64,000 nucleotides of DNA from Amphiscolops sp. MND2022 (lineage: Eukaryota), in NCBI GenBank assembly GCA_964187785.1, contig OZ076409.1:18912001-18976000 (forward strand), given 5' to 3'. The position numbers were made by a program, and so were the translations under genes. How positions within the stretch are numbered: position 1 is the stretch's first letter; the number at the start of each line of letters is the position of its first letter. Shown here piece after piece: positions 23,601 through 35,489 of the stretch. The notes under the pieces were generated by a model. The model was not told where the DNA came from. It was given only the letters and a program-made list of their open reading frames with translations, and did not search any database.

Positions 23601-23834
23601 CAAGTCACCGATGACTTTTTCCTATGCTTGGAGCACTTGAAGGCTTCATTATTGTCCAACAAAACCCCTGATATTTATTTCCCCATAGTGGACCCTGAGC
23701 GCCCACTTCGTAGCTTGGACAATTTTTATCATAGTGTCATGGACGTTTTTGCAGGAACTGATATCACTGTATTTCTGCATGATCGCGTCTATGTGTCCAT
23801 TGCCAGTATTGAACAATTTCCTGGCATCACTTAG
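17671..23834 (+). pseudogene. pol: Pol (RT, RNase H, integrase, long C-terminal extension), disrupted
   Basis: RT motifs LRFCCDFR, MPFG and YIDD (18883); RNase H TDAS...DGLS; integrase H-H-CC and D,D,E. Same frame as gag with TGA at 17668 and 18526, a 1-nt deletion near 19226-19230, and TAG at 23319 after which the frame stays open to 23834. Confidence 0.93.
23325..23834 (+). CDS. TARG1/OARD1-like macrodomain ORF (in-frame continuation of pol after a single TAG)
   Basis: Colinear similarity by eye to TARG1: IVYDQTDFL/ITYVKGDLF, GEVLTL/GEVAVL, LMITR/YLITK, LEHLK/LEAMK, DVFAGTDITV/EVFEATDIKI. Confidence 0.7.
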   Translation: MFPGALRRNLVDYIVYDQTDFLQVQGHVAICCPADLNTNSAALRYILRECGSDKVFQLRPTVGEVLTLPSSLSLMDSQVIHLMITRPSQRSPQVTDDFFLCLEHLKASLLSNKTPDIYFPIVDPERPLRSLDNFYHSVMDVFAGTDITVFLHDRVYVSIASIEQFPGIT

Positions 23835-24778
23835 CTTCAACGTAAAATTTTTTTGGTTAATTTTCTATTTGCTATCCTGATATCTCATGCTTGACACGCG
23901 GTGCTTGGTACTTTCTGGTAGCATGCGTTGAAATCCATTGCCCAAACCACACTCCACTTCTTTTCGCGGGGGGAAGGGGTGTCTTCAACGCCCAATCCAT
24001 TCTCTCGCATTTTTTGTTAGTCATTGCTATCTTTATATTATTGAAGGTGCTCAACGATTAAAGCCCGGGGAGCCCCAGTGCAATAAATAACCCAAAAACT
24101 CTACATGTATTGCTACGCCCGAAAGGTGCTATTTCTGTTTTTCTTTTCCAAGATTTCCAGAAGTTTCCTCCAGATACTGAACTCTATACAGGTATGGAGC
24201 TGCACATCAGTGCGTGTTGCCCAAACCAAGCCGAACTGTAAAAAAAAAGTATCAAAGAAACAGCTTGTCTTCCTTTTAAACAGTGGTTTTACTGCTGAAA
24301 AGAAGTTTAAGCGAAAATAACTTTTAACTGTGCTGCAAACTGAAATTTTATTGACGTTGAAAAGATGTTTTTCATGAGAACCACGTGCGCTTTGGAGCGT
24401 GAGCGCTCCGTAAAAGAAATTTTAGACGTTCAAAAACCAAAGTGCTAGCAGGATCCTATTCAGATTTTTGCAGAAAACTCGTGCTAAAAAAGTGGTGCTT
24501 TTTTGATTGATGTATAGAATCTTGGATTTGATCAATTTCGAGGTGCATTTTTGAGTACTGGTTTGCTAGCTCTCGAGCTAGCTCTGTTTCAACAGTTTCT
24601 GGACGATGCAGGTTCTCTGGATGGCAAGAAGCAAGACCTCATGGTTGCCCAATCAGCAAAAGATGACAATGCCACTGGACCGTTGCAACATCACCAGTTT
24701 GAGACCCCCATGGATTGCACTCATGATGTGGCGATGTATTCAATGCCAGCTTCTCCGCATGACAGGGACGTCATGCAT

Positions 24779-24794
24779 AAAGCCCGGGGAGTGA
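24779..24794 (+). promoter_or_regulatory. Polypurine tract (weak; aaagcccggggagtga) abutting the 3' LTR
   Basis: Purine-rich run immediately before the TG of the 3' LTR. Confidence 0.6.
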
Positions 24795-25567
24795 TGTAAC
24801 GGCAAGCTCTGGTACAGCAATATCAACCGATTTTGCAACTTTGACATGTTCAGAAATGTTGTCAAAAATTCTAATCCGATGTGTGACGTGGCACTGAGCA
24901 TGTGATTGCTCTTTTCGCTGTTTCCACGAAATTGGCAGGTACTTCGACAACAAAGAGCAAGAACGAGCAAAAACACAGGCGCGCCGCCATGAAAGAAGCC
25001 AGAGACGGCAAGAACATCCGAAAATAGACTCTATTTGAGGTGCTAACACAGGTTTTATCGATTTTCAGCATTATGCTACCCTATGTAGCGGAAACCGTAA
25101 AAATGAGTCTTTTCGCCTAAAGATCCTTGTTTGGTGCTTGGAGCCCCTGCGCCCCAGCTTTTTAGCTGTGTGGTTTGCCATATTCGTGCCTGTTTTCATG
25201 TGTTTTCAGTGATTTTGGCTGTATTCAGTAGCGCTAGCGCTAGTTTAGATCTTTTTCCCCAGTTTTAGATCTTATTCACATGTCACCCTGGAACTGGAAA
25301 TTTACCTTATTCTTGGCATTGTTTTTATATGCTAGTTAAGCGGTGGTCTTTGGAGAGTCAGAAAGATGCCCGTTACTATTAGCAATCAAAGACTAGGACC
25401 GGTTGGACAGTATTCGTCGAAGCACCCGCGGCCCCGGGACGTATTTCACCCCTGGAGGCAAAATGGATCTGTGGCGATGGGCGCCTGTCCCGAGCGATTA
25501 TCCCATTCCTGCAGGTTCCTCCACCTCTGTTAACGTGTTAAGCGACCGATAACAGCTTGCCGTTACA
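24795..25567 (+). repeat. 3' LTR (773 bp)
   Basis: Matches the 5' LTR except for two substitutions seen by eye (aaattttg/aaatgttg; ctttagag/ctttggag). Confidence 0.97.
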
Positions 25568-25936
25568 TTCTTTTTGATAAAAACATCATCTGTCTGTAAC
25601 TAAACATTCATCAAGTATCAAATTGAGAAATATCAAATTGAGAAAATGCACTGTCGCAGTTGACGCAGTGTTTCAAGAATGTCAGACACGAATTCCAGGT
25701 TTAACCTGCCTATCTAAACTGAATTCTGCCTTTAATTTCAACTATTTTGTTCCAGTGTGTCTCTCGCCATTCTGACAACTTTGTTGTACTCTTGGACCGG
25801 AACTTTTAACTTTCCGCCCACTAGCAGAAAAAGATATGTACAAAATTTGGAAAGTTTGCATAAATTATTCGATGTTTGTATGCTTGGAGGATGTTTTAGA
25901 AAGTATTTAGCGAGTCGAAATGTGTTATGGACTGAC

Positions 25937-26073
25937 CAGGGGGGATGGACGCGAACTTGCTTAACTCAGATCTGATTCCACTCTCGACCGGGTCGTACAA
26001 ATCCTCCGTCTTCCAATTGTCTCTCCTCGGGTTGTCCTCTAAAGTCACGTTTGTCAACCCATAAAGCGGGTAC
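25937..26073 (-). CDS. ABCA transporter coding exon 4 (YPLYGL...NWKTEDLY...IPP)
   Basis: cag/gtcag boundaries, 137 nt, phase 2->1. 'W.T..L' motif; joins to the GYYEEGF exon as in ABCA proteins. Confidence 0.85.
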
Positions 26074-26577
26074 CTGTAAGAAAAACAAAGCTTCTTTTTC
26101 ATTATTCAATACAATTGTACGTATCAGGTTTGTGTATTTCTCCGCAACTGAGATCTCCATTGCCTGTTTCATTAAGAAACTAATCAAAATTGAAAAGTTT
26201 CGTGAAATAGGAATGCAACCTTTGTTATGATCAAACTGTTACTATTTTACAAGGGAAAGAATACGGTAAACTTGGAATCATGAAGGCAAACTGCTTACCA
26301 GGACAAGCAATTTCAGGAAAAAAATTGGCGGAAATTTTATCAGCTGATGCAGTTAAAAGTAGATTCGGGATCCGGCGAGTAAACCATATTCGATCGTTTA
26401 AATTTAAAAAATATTCGCCAGTTGAAAACATGAGCTGTATAAAGGTTAGTGAATAGCGACTTTATTGCCTAATTAACAACTAATCCTCTTTTCAATGCAG
26501 ATTTGTCCTTCAATCGATGTCAATTGTGGATAGATAAACGTGAGAAGCAGAAAAATAATGAAGGTAATTCCATTTCA

Positions 26578-27202
26578 TTTTTTAGTCGGCGTTTTCGAAG
26601 AAAATCCCGACTCTTACAGTGGCTAGTTTTTTTTCGTCAGTTCAACGCGATCGGCCCACTTTTTGTGCATTATGTGCATTTTTGTGTTTTTAACATAAGT
26701 ACTTAGTACTTCATTTTCAACGCATCCAAAGCCTCTAACATGAGATAAAAAACCATTCCAATGCAGAAGAGTCCCCCCTTAAAATTTTTCGACACTATGA
26801 GACTGTTCAAATTTCTCAAATTTTATTTTTTCCGAACTATTTTTTATTGCTCCAAAGGATCCCACCCATCATTTTTTGCAACAGAATGGATCCCCCTTTC
26901 ATTTTTTTACTTTCTAAACGTATCATACAAAACCGGACGAGACTGAAGGGTCCCCCCTTCCAATTTTTTCGGCACTGTGCGACTTTTTTTCGAAAATTTT
27001 TTTTGTCTCCAAAGGGTCCCCCTTTGGTTTTTTTTTACTTTTTTAACGTAGCCCACAGAACCGGATGACAGTGAAGGGTTCCCCTTTCGAGTTTTTTCGG
27101 CACTGTGTGACTTTTTAGCGAATTTTTTTGTCTCCAAAAGGCTCCCCTTTCGATTTTTTGAGCCTTAGATATAGCGCCGACTTGGGCCGTTCCCGGCTTG
27201 TT
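26578..27202 (+). mobile_element. HINE-like element, complete
   Basis: ttttttagtcggcg...agcgccgacttgggccgttcccggcttgtt. Confidence 0.75.
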
Positions 27203-28023
27203 GTTATTAAATATGAGCAGAGAAACGCTGAAACTTTCATCAATATTTGCGCTGATGGGTTAGAACATTTTAAAACGCTGTAGGCACAAAGGTGTAGGCC
27301 CAGTCTATGATCATCCTGTTTCCATGCACATGTTTGATCATACTAAAGTGTCAAGACAGCTGAAACTTTTTACATGATGAAAGCTGTCTCGCTTGCAAGC
27401 AGGTCAAATATTTGTACAAAGTTCGATCTCTTCGAGGCTCACTAATATTTTTGCAACTCTAAAAAAACGCGAACAATTTTGAAACGTTCGACTATCATTG
27501 CCATAAAAGTTTCGATATACAATCATATTTGAGACTTTCCGGCAATAAATTTTCCAATTTCAAACAGTTTCTGAAAAAAAAACATTTAAAATCATTGAAT
27601 TCACCGGAAAAAAGTTGAAAATTTTTAGTGAAAGCATTCAAACCTTAATCTATAAACTTTGCTACTTGAATAAAAGAAATTCCTACTGGTGAGTCGTATT
27701 GACATTTTTCATTCTTCTCTGAACACAAGTGAGCTCTTAGCCAACAATTACTTGGTAAACACGCGTTCGTTTTTTCAGTAAAAAATGTCGCAAATGCTGC
27801 TAATATAGTTGAATTCGATTCTAAAAGAAAAAAAAACACAATAGAACGATATTTTAGTAACATTTTCACTTTGCTACGAACGCTATCACGTTCTTTTCAC
27901 ACTTTAGCTCCTAAAAAACAGCCCATCTGATCTAACCACCGTTATCCAAGTAGCACAATGAAGATGACGTTATGAAGATGGTCGAAGTTACTCTGCGTCG
28001 AATTCGCAGTAAAAGTTAAAGTT

Positions 28024-28492
28024 ACCCTGGTTGGAACTGCTTGAACTTTTTACAAGTTTTTGTAGGCTACCAAGCTAATTTTTCATGATTTTATGAAATC
28101 CTCAAGGAAACGTCCGTGCATTAAAACTTCACTGATGCAATTTAATTTTATCACGCTGCCTATAAAATGCATCCTAAATTTGGCGGCAATTTTGCGCCGC
28201 AAAATTTTGCAGGTTTCATCAAGACGTCGTTCTAATTTTGAAAGCAGCTGAGACCTTCATCAAATTTACCGCGGTTTCAATGCAAATAATTTTCAGTCAT
28301 ATTATAAGTTTCAAAGTAGCGTCATGTTCAGCGTGCTATTCGACTGATGGTGTTTACATAAGGTAGTTGCATGAGAAACTTACGCGTGAAAACAAAGTGA
28401 TCGCGGTGGTGAAGAAGTGGAAATGTTTTCAGTTTTAACTCAAATAGTGAAAGCTGCATAGTAATCCTACAAAATATTTCCATGCATGGTCC
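28024..28492 (+). repeat. Dispersed repeat; close copy at 35701-36168, diverged copy at ~29120-29650, partial inverted copy at ~7650-7850
   Basis: accctggttggaactgcttgaactttttaca...catggtcc is shared with 35701-36168. Confidence 0.85.
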
Positions 28493-30528
28493 CTGAATTT
28501 TCCATGTTTTATAAAAAAATTAGCCGGCATTTTTTGAAGGTGCCTGTACAACTTCGCGGCAACTTTGATTAGGGTATGAGCTCTATGCTGCATGTACCAA
28601 CAAAATTCATGCAACATAGAGCCTCGCGGGGCTCAGTAATATTTCTGTTTTAGGCTTGAAAACCCATTTACCTGAAAATTAAATGATAAAGTCGAATTTG
28701 AAATTATGCCCAATTAACAATTCTGACAGTCTGTACCGCCTTTTTTGATTCTTCTCGGAATATGAGCTTTGTTTCATGAACAAAAGAAAACAACCAATTA
28801 GCATACATGACATTTCGCATTCGTATTTGAATGCAGGCAAAGCTCTCGGTGTAGGAATAATTAACACTCGTTCATTTTGTCTCAAAAAAGCACTGTCTCG
28901 TTGCGAAGACAATTTAATAAACTATAGACATGGAGTAGCACTGTCTAACCAGAACTGACGACGAAAATTAGTCAATAAAAGTATGGCAAAAACAAGCTTT
29001 GCCAATTCCTATATTATTTCAGCTGACGCATAAATTATAATAGATCCTACAAAGTTTTACTATTTCAAAAAGTCGGCAACTTTCACAAAAAGTGTTTCAT
29101 AAAAATCGAATCCCTTGTTGAAACCGCTTGAGCTTTTTGCATGTACCTTAATGTTGCCAGCAACTTTTATTATGATTTTTTAAAACTCTTTCACGCGAAA
29201 ATGTTTTCCTGCTGTATTTGAAATTCATCAAGCTGCTTAAAAGATTCATCAAACTTTTTGCGGCAATTTATGCCTTGAAATTTTGCAGGTTTCATTAAGC
29301 AGCAGCTTTGATTTTAAAAGAAAAATGGTTGCTATCTACTTTTACCGCTAGTTTAATGCAAAATAACTTCAGTTGAGTAATGAACTGCATATTAGTTTCA
29401 TGTTTAGCGTGTTATTTGAGAAGCGATAATCACATCAGATGAGTAGTTGAGAAAACAAGGTGTGAATACAAAATGATTGCGTCGGTGATGTAGCGGTATT
29501 CATTTTAAAATTTAATTGCAGGAGTGGAAAATGCAGTGTAATTGTACATGATTTGCCACCCGAAGTTCACTGAATTTTCTAAGTTTTATAAACAATTTAC
29601 CCTGCATGCAGGCCTGCAGCATGTAAAAATTTCCTTCAGTTTCAACTAGGGATACGGCGGGAAAAAATGATTGAATTAATGCCAGTTTCGGTAAACATAC
29701 TAATACCTATGTATTAACCTCCAAAAATAAGTCGAACTTCAAGTAAATTCAATTAGGGTAAGCCTGGAAATTTTCGGGATTGCATGTTTTGTATCGGAGA
29801 GGAACTCGGATTACTGGAAACAAATGACCGATTCTTTTTAATATTTGACTTGGAAATCTATCGGTTCTTTCGGACAAAATGAGTTTCAAAGTATTTCTTG
29901 TCGTTTCAATGGACAATCAAGTTGACTTCCGGCTACTGTTTGCATTTTCAGAGGAAACTTGAGACCCGACAAAAATCAAGTTTAAAAATCAAACAATACG
30001 CCCGCTATGCACCGGGATATTTTCCGCCTTCAATTGGCTAACAATAGACACTTAATAGAAAATTAACCTCCATGGTAAACGCAATTTACTTCGGATATAA
30101 CGTCTAAATTTGAATATAGCGCAATTGTTTCGAACCTCCGCTTCCTCCGTAGTAAAGCACAATCAACTTCGGATATAACGTCAAAAGTTAGGATATAGCG
30201 TGCTGAGACAAATGGGAGCACTTGTTTTAGAACCTCTCCCTCTTCCTTAGTAAAACGCAATATTAAATTCAAGTAACTGGAATAGTCAAGTAACTTAAAG
30301 TGTCAAGAGGATGGAGATTGTAGAGATTTGGTAGAATTTGGAAAAAATGCAACACAGATTATGATTTTCCTCCCCCATTATATGTGGGCGGAAAATAATA
30401 AGCTGTATCTGAGATAGGTTACGCAATAGGAACTAATCGCTATTCATCGACGGCCATCGCAGTCCCACGAAACCCATCGATGAAATCTCACTAATATGAG
30501 CGAAGTTTTCTGCCAACATAGGGCTAAC

Positions 30529-30712
30529 CTTCTTGAGTGAGAGAGCCGTATTGTCATCTTCAGTTTGGTAGGCAGGGATCCGTCGCTAGGCCACCCTGAG
30601 GTGCCGTCTTGGGGCTCAAACTTCACGAGGCCGAGTTCGTTGGTTTCGCTCCATTTCACTCTTTCTAGATCATCCAGTTTGGCGTCCAAGTCGTTTGTGC
30701 CAGTGAACGTTA
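30529..30712 (-). CDS. ABCA transporter coding exon 3 (TFTGTNDLDAK...LKMTIRLSHSR)
   Basis: cag/gttag boundaries, 184 nt, phase 1->2. Contains an ABCA-like 'L..TIR' extracellular-domain motif. Confidence 0.8.
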
Positions 30713-31227
30713 CTGAAAATGACACAAAGTTAACAACAGGAATCTTGGCAATACCTAATTAGGTCGTTTGAAATTATGTTTATATCAAAGAGAACCTTGC
30801 ATTTCGGATTTCGCGAAGCAAAAAGCGCAAAAAATTTCGATGACTCAGTGTTTTTTCCAGCAATAGCAGAAAACAAATTTTCTTTGAGGGCCTTAGAAAC
30901 TATTTCAAACTTTTTTTAATGAAGGAAAAATACAATCATTTTAATGAACTTGGTAGGACACATTGCAATCTATGCATTCATTCATAACTATCGTTTCCTA
31001 AAGTTATGTTAGAGAGTACAAATATATGTCTGGGGCGCTATCATAAAAAAACTTTCAATCCTAAATAAACAAAAAACAATATTTGAGAGCCAATTGGAAT
31101 TATTAATTTGACTTTTTTTCTGGCTCAGAAATGCATCCTTTGAAGAAAGTCTGGTTTCTACTGATGTCAACGCTGATTGTTTTTCAATGATTTTAATCGA
31201 CGACTCAATGGTTTTAAAAAAACCCAC

Positions 31228-31440
31228 GTTTGTCAGTGAACTGTATGGCTTTGGTTACGATGGCATCTGTCTGTGTGTTCTTGGGGTAGTAGTACACAAC
31301 CAGGGTATTAGATTGGTTAGAATTGAACATGTACAGGTCGTCCCAGGGCAGCAGCTCAAACGAGTCCCAAGTCGTCGGGTCAGAGTACACTTTGTCGTCT
31401 ACCAGGGTCCTCGTCCACACCAACAGACACGAGAAGGCCA
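31228..31440 (-). CDS. ABCA transporter coding exon 2 (VAFSCLLVWTRTLV...AIQFTDK)
   Basis: cag acceptor, gtggg donor. 213 nt, phase 1->1, in frame with exon 1. Encodes the end of TM1 and start of the extracellular domain. Confidence 0.85.
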
Positions 31441-34130
31441 CTGAAAACAAACATCACTCGGGTTTTATCACGTTTTTGGATTTGTCATTTCATGTTGACG
31501 TTTCTTTCGATAGCCACTACGTAACATATTCATCAACCCCCTTTAGAACAAAAAAGAAGCTCCTGAATAATTTGTTTCTTGTTTCTTGAGTAATCTTGTT
31601 TCTTAAGTTAACTGGCTTTGAAATAAACTATTTAGAATTAAAGAAAACGTGAAAATCACGCCAAAATTAAGCCAAATTGAATGGTTTTTAAGCCAAAGTG
31701 AAAGACAAACAAACCGGAAACAGCCCAGGCCTTTTTCCGTTGCTTTTTCCGTGTTTTTCCACTAAATTGGTTTTTTTTCTTCAAAAAAGACCCAAAGGTT
31801 TTGAAGAAAGTCTCTTTAAAATTTAAGATTTTAGCTCGGACAAAGCGTTTTGCGAGCTTAGAGAGCCCTTTTGGATTCTTCGACACTGTGTGTCTTTCTA
31901 GACATTTTTGGCTTCGATGTTCTAATTCAAGGAAAACAGTTTTTCGAGTTTCAGGGGTTATTTATTCAGTTCTTTTTCAAAAGTGTGAGATTGAAGAGTC
32001 TTCTTTAATGGTGATTGTGCATCATCAAAAACTTTGTTCTTTCTGACTTTTGAGCAAGGCGCCCGCTTACGCTTACACCGGGTTGTTTCATGTTGGGAAA
32101 TTGCAATTTTCATGCCTGAAAAGTTTTTTTAGTGCGTTTTCGGCACTGTGCAACTACTTTCAAGATTCGAAAAAAAAAATCAAAAATAACTTCATAATAT
32201 TTTGGTATTAATGCGATAATTTGAGTTAGCATGAGAAATAAAGTGAATCCAGGAACGCCGAAGGGCTCCCTTTGATTCTTTAACTTTAAAACAAAGTTAT
32301 AAAAAAAGAACAGCCCCAAGGGTTCCCACTTTTGTTTTTTGGCACTGAACAAATTTTATCCAAAAGCTCTTTTGTCACCACATGGTCTCCCTTTTAAATT
32401 TTCTACTTTTTCAAACGGGAAAATGCGTTCTTCAAACTCAAATGGCCCTTTTGGGTGATTTAGGCTTTGGGTGACTTTTATGAAAGAAACATTCAATGTA
32501 CTAAGGAGAGTTAATTCAAGTGTTAGAAAGTATTTTTTGTCCTAAAAGCGTCCAATTTTGGGTCTTTTCGGAAGTGTGAGACTTTTTTGTAAATGTTTTG
32601 CATGAATTGGTCTTCTTTTTGGCAAGAGTTGGGATCTATTCTTTGCCGAACCTCGGTATTTTTTCAAATGAAAGGTATCCGATGCGCTTTGTGATATAAT
32701 GCCTTTTCTGATGAAAAATGTGCTGCTTCAACTGAAAATGTAAACGTTATTGCAAGTTTTATCTGGATTTTGAACTCGAATTGTCAGTATTGCCAAAAAG
32801 AGTGAGGGGTCGACTCTGGGTATTGTTAAAGTTTTGTACCCTCTGAAGTTGAGAGAAAACAGTATTTATTAACCCGAGATAATGATAAAAAAACATACTG
32901 ATTCCGAATTTTCGACACCCGTTTTCTATTATAACCTATAGTGATAAAAATGCGCTTTATCAGAAATTTTAACGTTTCTCCGACCAATATTGGATTTAAC
33001 GAAGACGAAGACTTTTCTCGAATTGCTATTGCTGATTTCTATGCATAAGTGAATGAGTTTTCACATTTTTCAGATCAATGAGGACTTTGTTAGTTCAAAA
33101 TATCCCGTTACACGTTCTGGCAAACAATTGAGGCTTGAAGGTGTCCGTTTTTTTAAAAAGACGTCTTAGCCGAACATAAGAAAAAGTCGCAGTGCCACTA
33201 AGCCTCTCAATCACTGCATTGTTTCAGGAGCTCGAACATAATTTTAGCGCAGACGAAGTGCTCTTTCACAAGCCAACATCAAACAAACGCTTCCTCGCCT
33301 AATTCATGCTTTTTTGTGATGCTTTTTTGTTCAGTGAGCATGAAAAATAATTAAGCGCATGAGGAAAAAGCGGGGCTTGAGAAAAACTGAATATTCGTCA
33401 AAATTTTCTGAGATCCTGTGACCTCATAGTCAAAAAAATGGTTGGTTATCAAGAATTTGTAGCAGTAATAAAGAATTATTACAAGCACACTTTAGCGTCA
33501 TCGACAACTTTAAAATTCAGTGTCGCGAGAGAAGTAAGTTGAGAAAAACTTTTAAAAAAAAAGACTTCAGGGAGTTGATCAACCCATGTTTGTGGTTTTA
33601 TTTTCAATCATTGATAAAAATCAACTCGAATACATTAGTTCAACCATGATTGATTGACTAAATCAATCAAAATATACCAGTTTTTCCAAATGGATGAGTT
33701 GTTTGATCTACGAATAAGCAGATTCTGACGTCGTTTCAAGCACTGTAGAATCGGAATGCGTTTTTATCACTATAGACTTTATTCATTCGAAGACTAAAAA
33801 CCAATTTGGAGTTGAAATATCTAAACCTCCTGACTTTGTTCACGCAATTTCTCCTTATGAAGTCACGCATTCTTGATGAACACTCAATAGCTTCCTGTTT
33901 TGAGTCATAAAAAAAACAGTTAATTTTCAACATATTCACAGTCAAGATGTGTGAAAAATGCTTTGTTCAAACGAAAAAGTTTTCCAATAGAAGTTAATCC
34001 TGTTATGGGAAAAACTTCACTTCGAATTCAACCAGTTTGAATTTTTTTGCAAATTTCCCTCAAAAATTTGATAGTGGGGAGTCCAGAAAATAGCCCCAGG
34101 TTCTTCATAATATTCAAAGTTCTAACTCAC

Positions 34131-34296
34131 CGGGTAGAATAATGATGAGGGCCGATAAGATAGGACTGCGTATTTGCAGGATGAAGTTTTTGACCATGAG
34201 CAGAAAAACTTGTTTGGCACCGCTCATCATGGCACCGCTCTTCTTTGGCTTCTCGGCATTCTCCGCATTGTCCGGAGTTATCTGGACTGTGGTCAT
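34131..34296 (-). CDS. ABCA-subfamily ABC transporter, first coding exon (MTTVQITPD...KQVFLLMVKNFILQIRSPILSALIIILP)
   Basis: Matches the ABCA N-terminal pattern 'Q..LL..KN..LQ.R' followed by TM1. ATG at 34296, donor G|gtgag, phase 1. Confidence 0.85.
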
Positions 34297-34910
34297 CTTG
34301 TCAGCAGCCACTCCAGAAATCACACCTCTGGTGATTGCTCACTGATGATCTAAACGCTTGAGAATCAACTTTCAAGTTCGGCAAAAAGTCACAAAAGTCA
34401 AGAAAATCAAGCAGTGATATTGATAATTATAAATGAAAATGAATTAAACATGTGCCGCTCAGAGCTTTTTTGGGCCACGAATATTCCCAGAATACGTTTT
34501 GAATAGTCAATATAATCGACACTCGCTAGATTACCGACAAATAGTTTCAAAAACATGGACCTAAAATGAGAACACTATTTAGAGCAAATTCTCGAACTTC
34601 AAGGTAAAAAAGCCTTCTGAAAAACGTCCTACAGAAAACATGAAATTGAGTGCAAATGTATGATATCATGCCAAGTCAGGGAAACATGTTTGAAGCCAGT
34701 TTTTTCTGGTACAGTTAAATTGGGCATTCCTTGTGAAACTGTTCTCGTTTCGTTCATTCATTAGTGGTCATTTAATGAACCTTCACTGGCGTTAATTCCA
34801 TTTTTTGTTTTTTGAATTCTGATTTTTTGGTCTTTTTAAAAAAAATGCTTTCCATCCCTGTTAAAATACTTCTCATTCGTTTACAAACTGAGGTATGTCG
34901 TCTAATATTG

Positions 34911-35489
34911 TTTTCGTCGGCGCTTCATGAAGTGAAACTATTATAGTGACTCTTTTTTTTCAATCCACACGAAATGACCAAAATAGTTCTACAAAAGTTC
35001 TACGAAATTTTATGGCGTCAATTGAACCATTTGGCCCAGTGAACAAAATCAACAAAGTTTTTCCTTTTTTTTCCTCGTAACATGCAATACCGGGCGAGAC
35101 TGTCCCCATTTCAGTTTTTTTTCGGTAGGGTGCGACTTTTTTTCAAAAAAATCCCCAGAGGGTCCCCCTTCAATTGCTTTGATGTTTTGCGACAGAATGG
35201 ATGTTGAAAAATCCCAAAAGGTACCCCCTTTCCGTTTTTTGGCATTGTGAGAGTGTTTCCGGTTTTTTTTTCACAAAACTGCCCCCTTCAATTTTTTGAT
35301 ATTGTGCAACAATGGATGTTTGAAAATCCGAAAGGGTCCCCCTGGCGCGCCAGTTCGGTCGTTTGGGTCTTTCGAAAGTGTTTCGAAACCCTTTTTCGAG
35401 TTCGATACTTTGAGTTTTTTGCTTTTCATATCCTTTTGCTATTTTTGATCCTTAGATATGGCGCAGACTTATGCCGTTCCCGGCTTGTT
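34911..35489 (+). mobile_element. HINE-like element, complete
   Basis: Same termini and core repeats as 26578-27202; reverse-complement relative of 47241-47795. Confidence 0.7.

Larger units (their letters stand above)
9361..25567 (+). mobile_element. Full-length giant Ty3/Gypsy LTR retrotransposon (16.2 kb) in ABCA intron 4, antisense to the host gene
   Basis: Paired 773-bp TG...CA LTRs, PBS, PPT, and gag-PR-RT-RH-IN domain order. Confidence 0.97.

Noticed and set aside
23835..24794. env gene in the giant Gypsy element
   Set aside because: No long ORF, signal peptide or TM-containing frame between pol and the 3' LTR.
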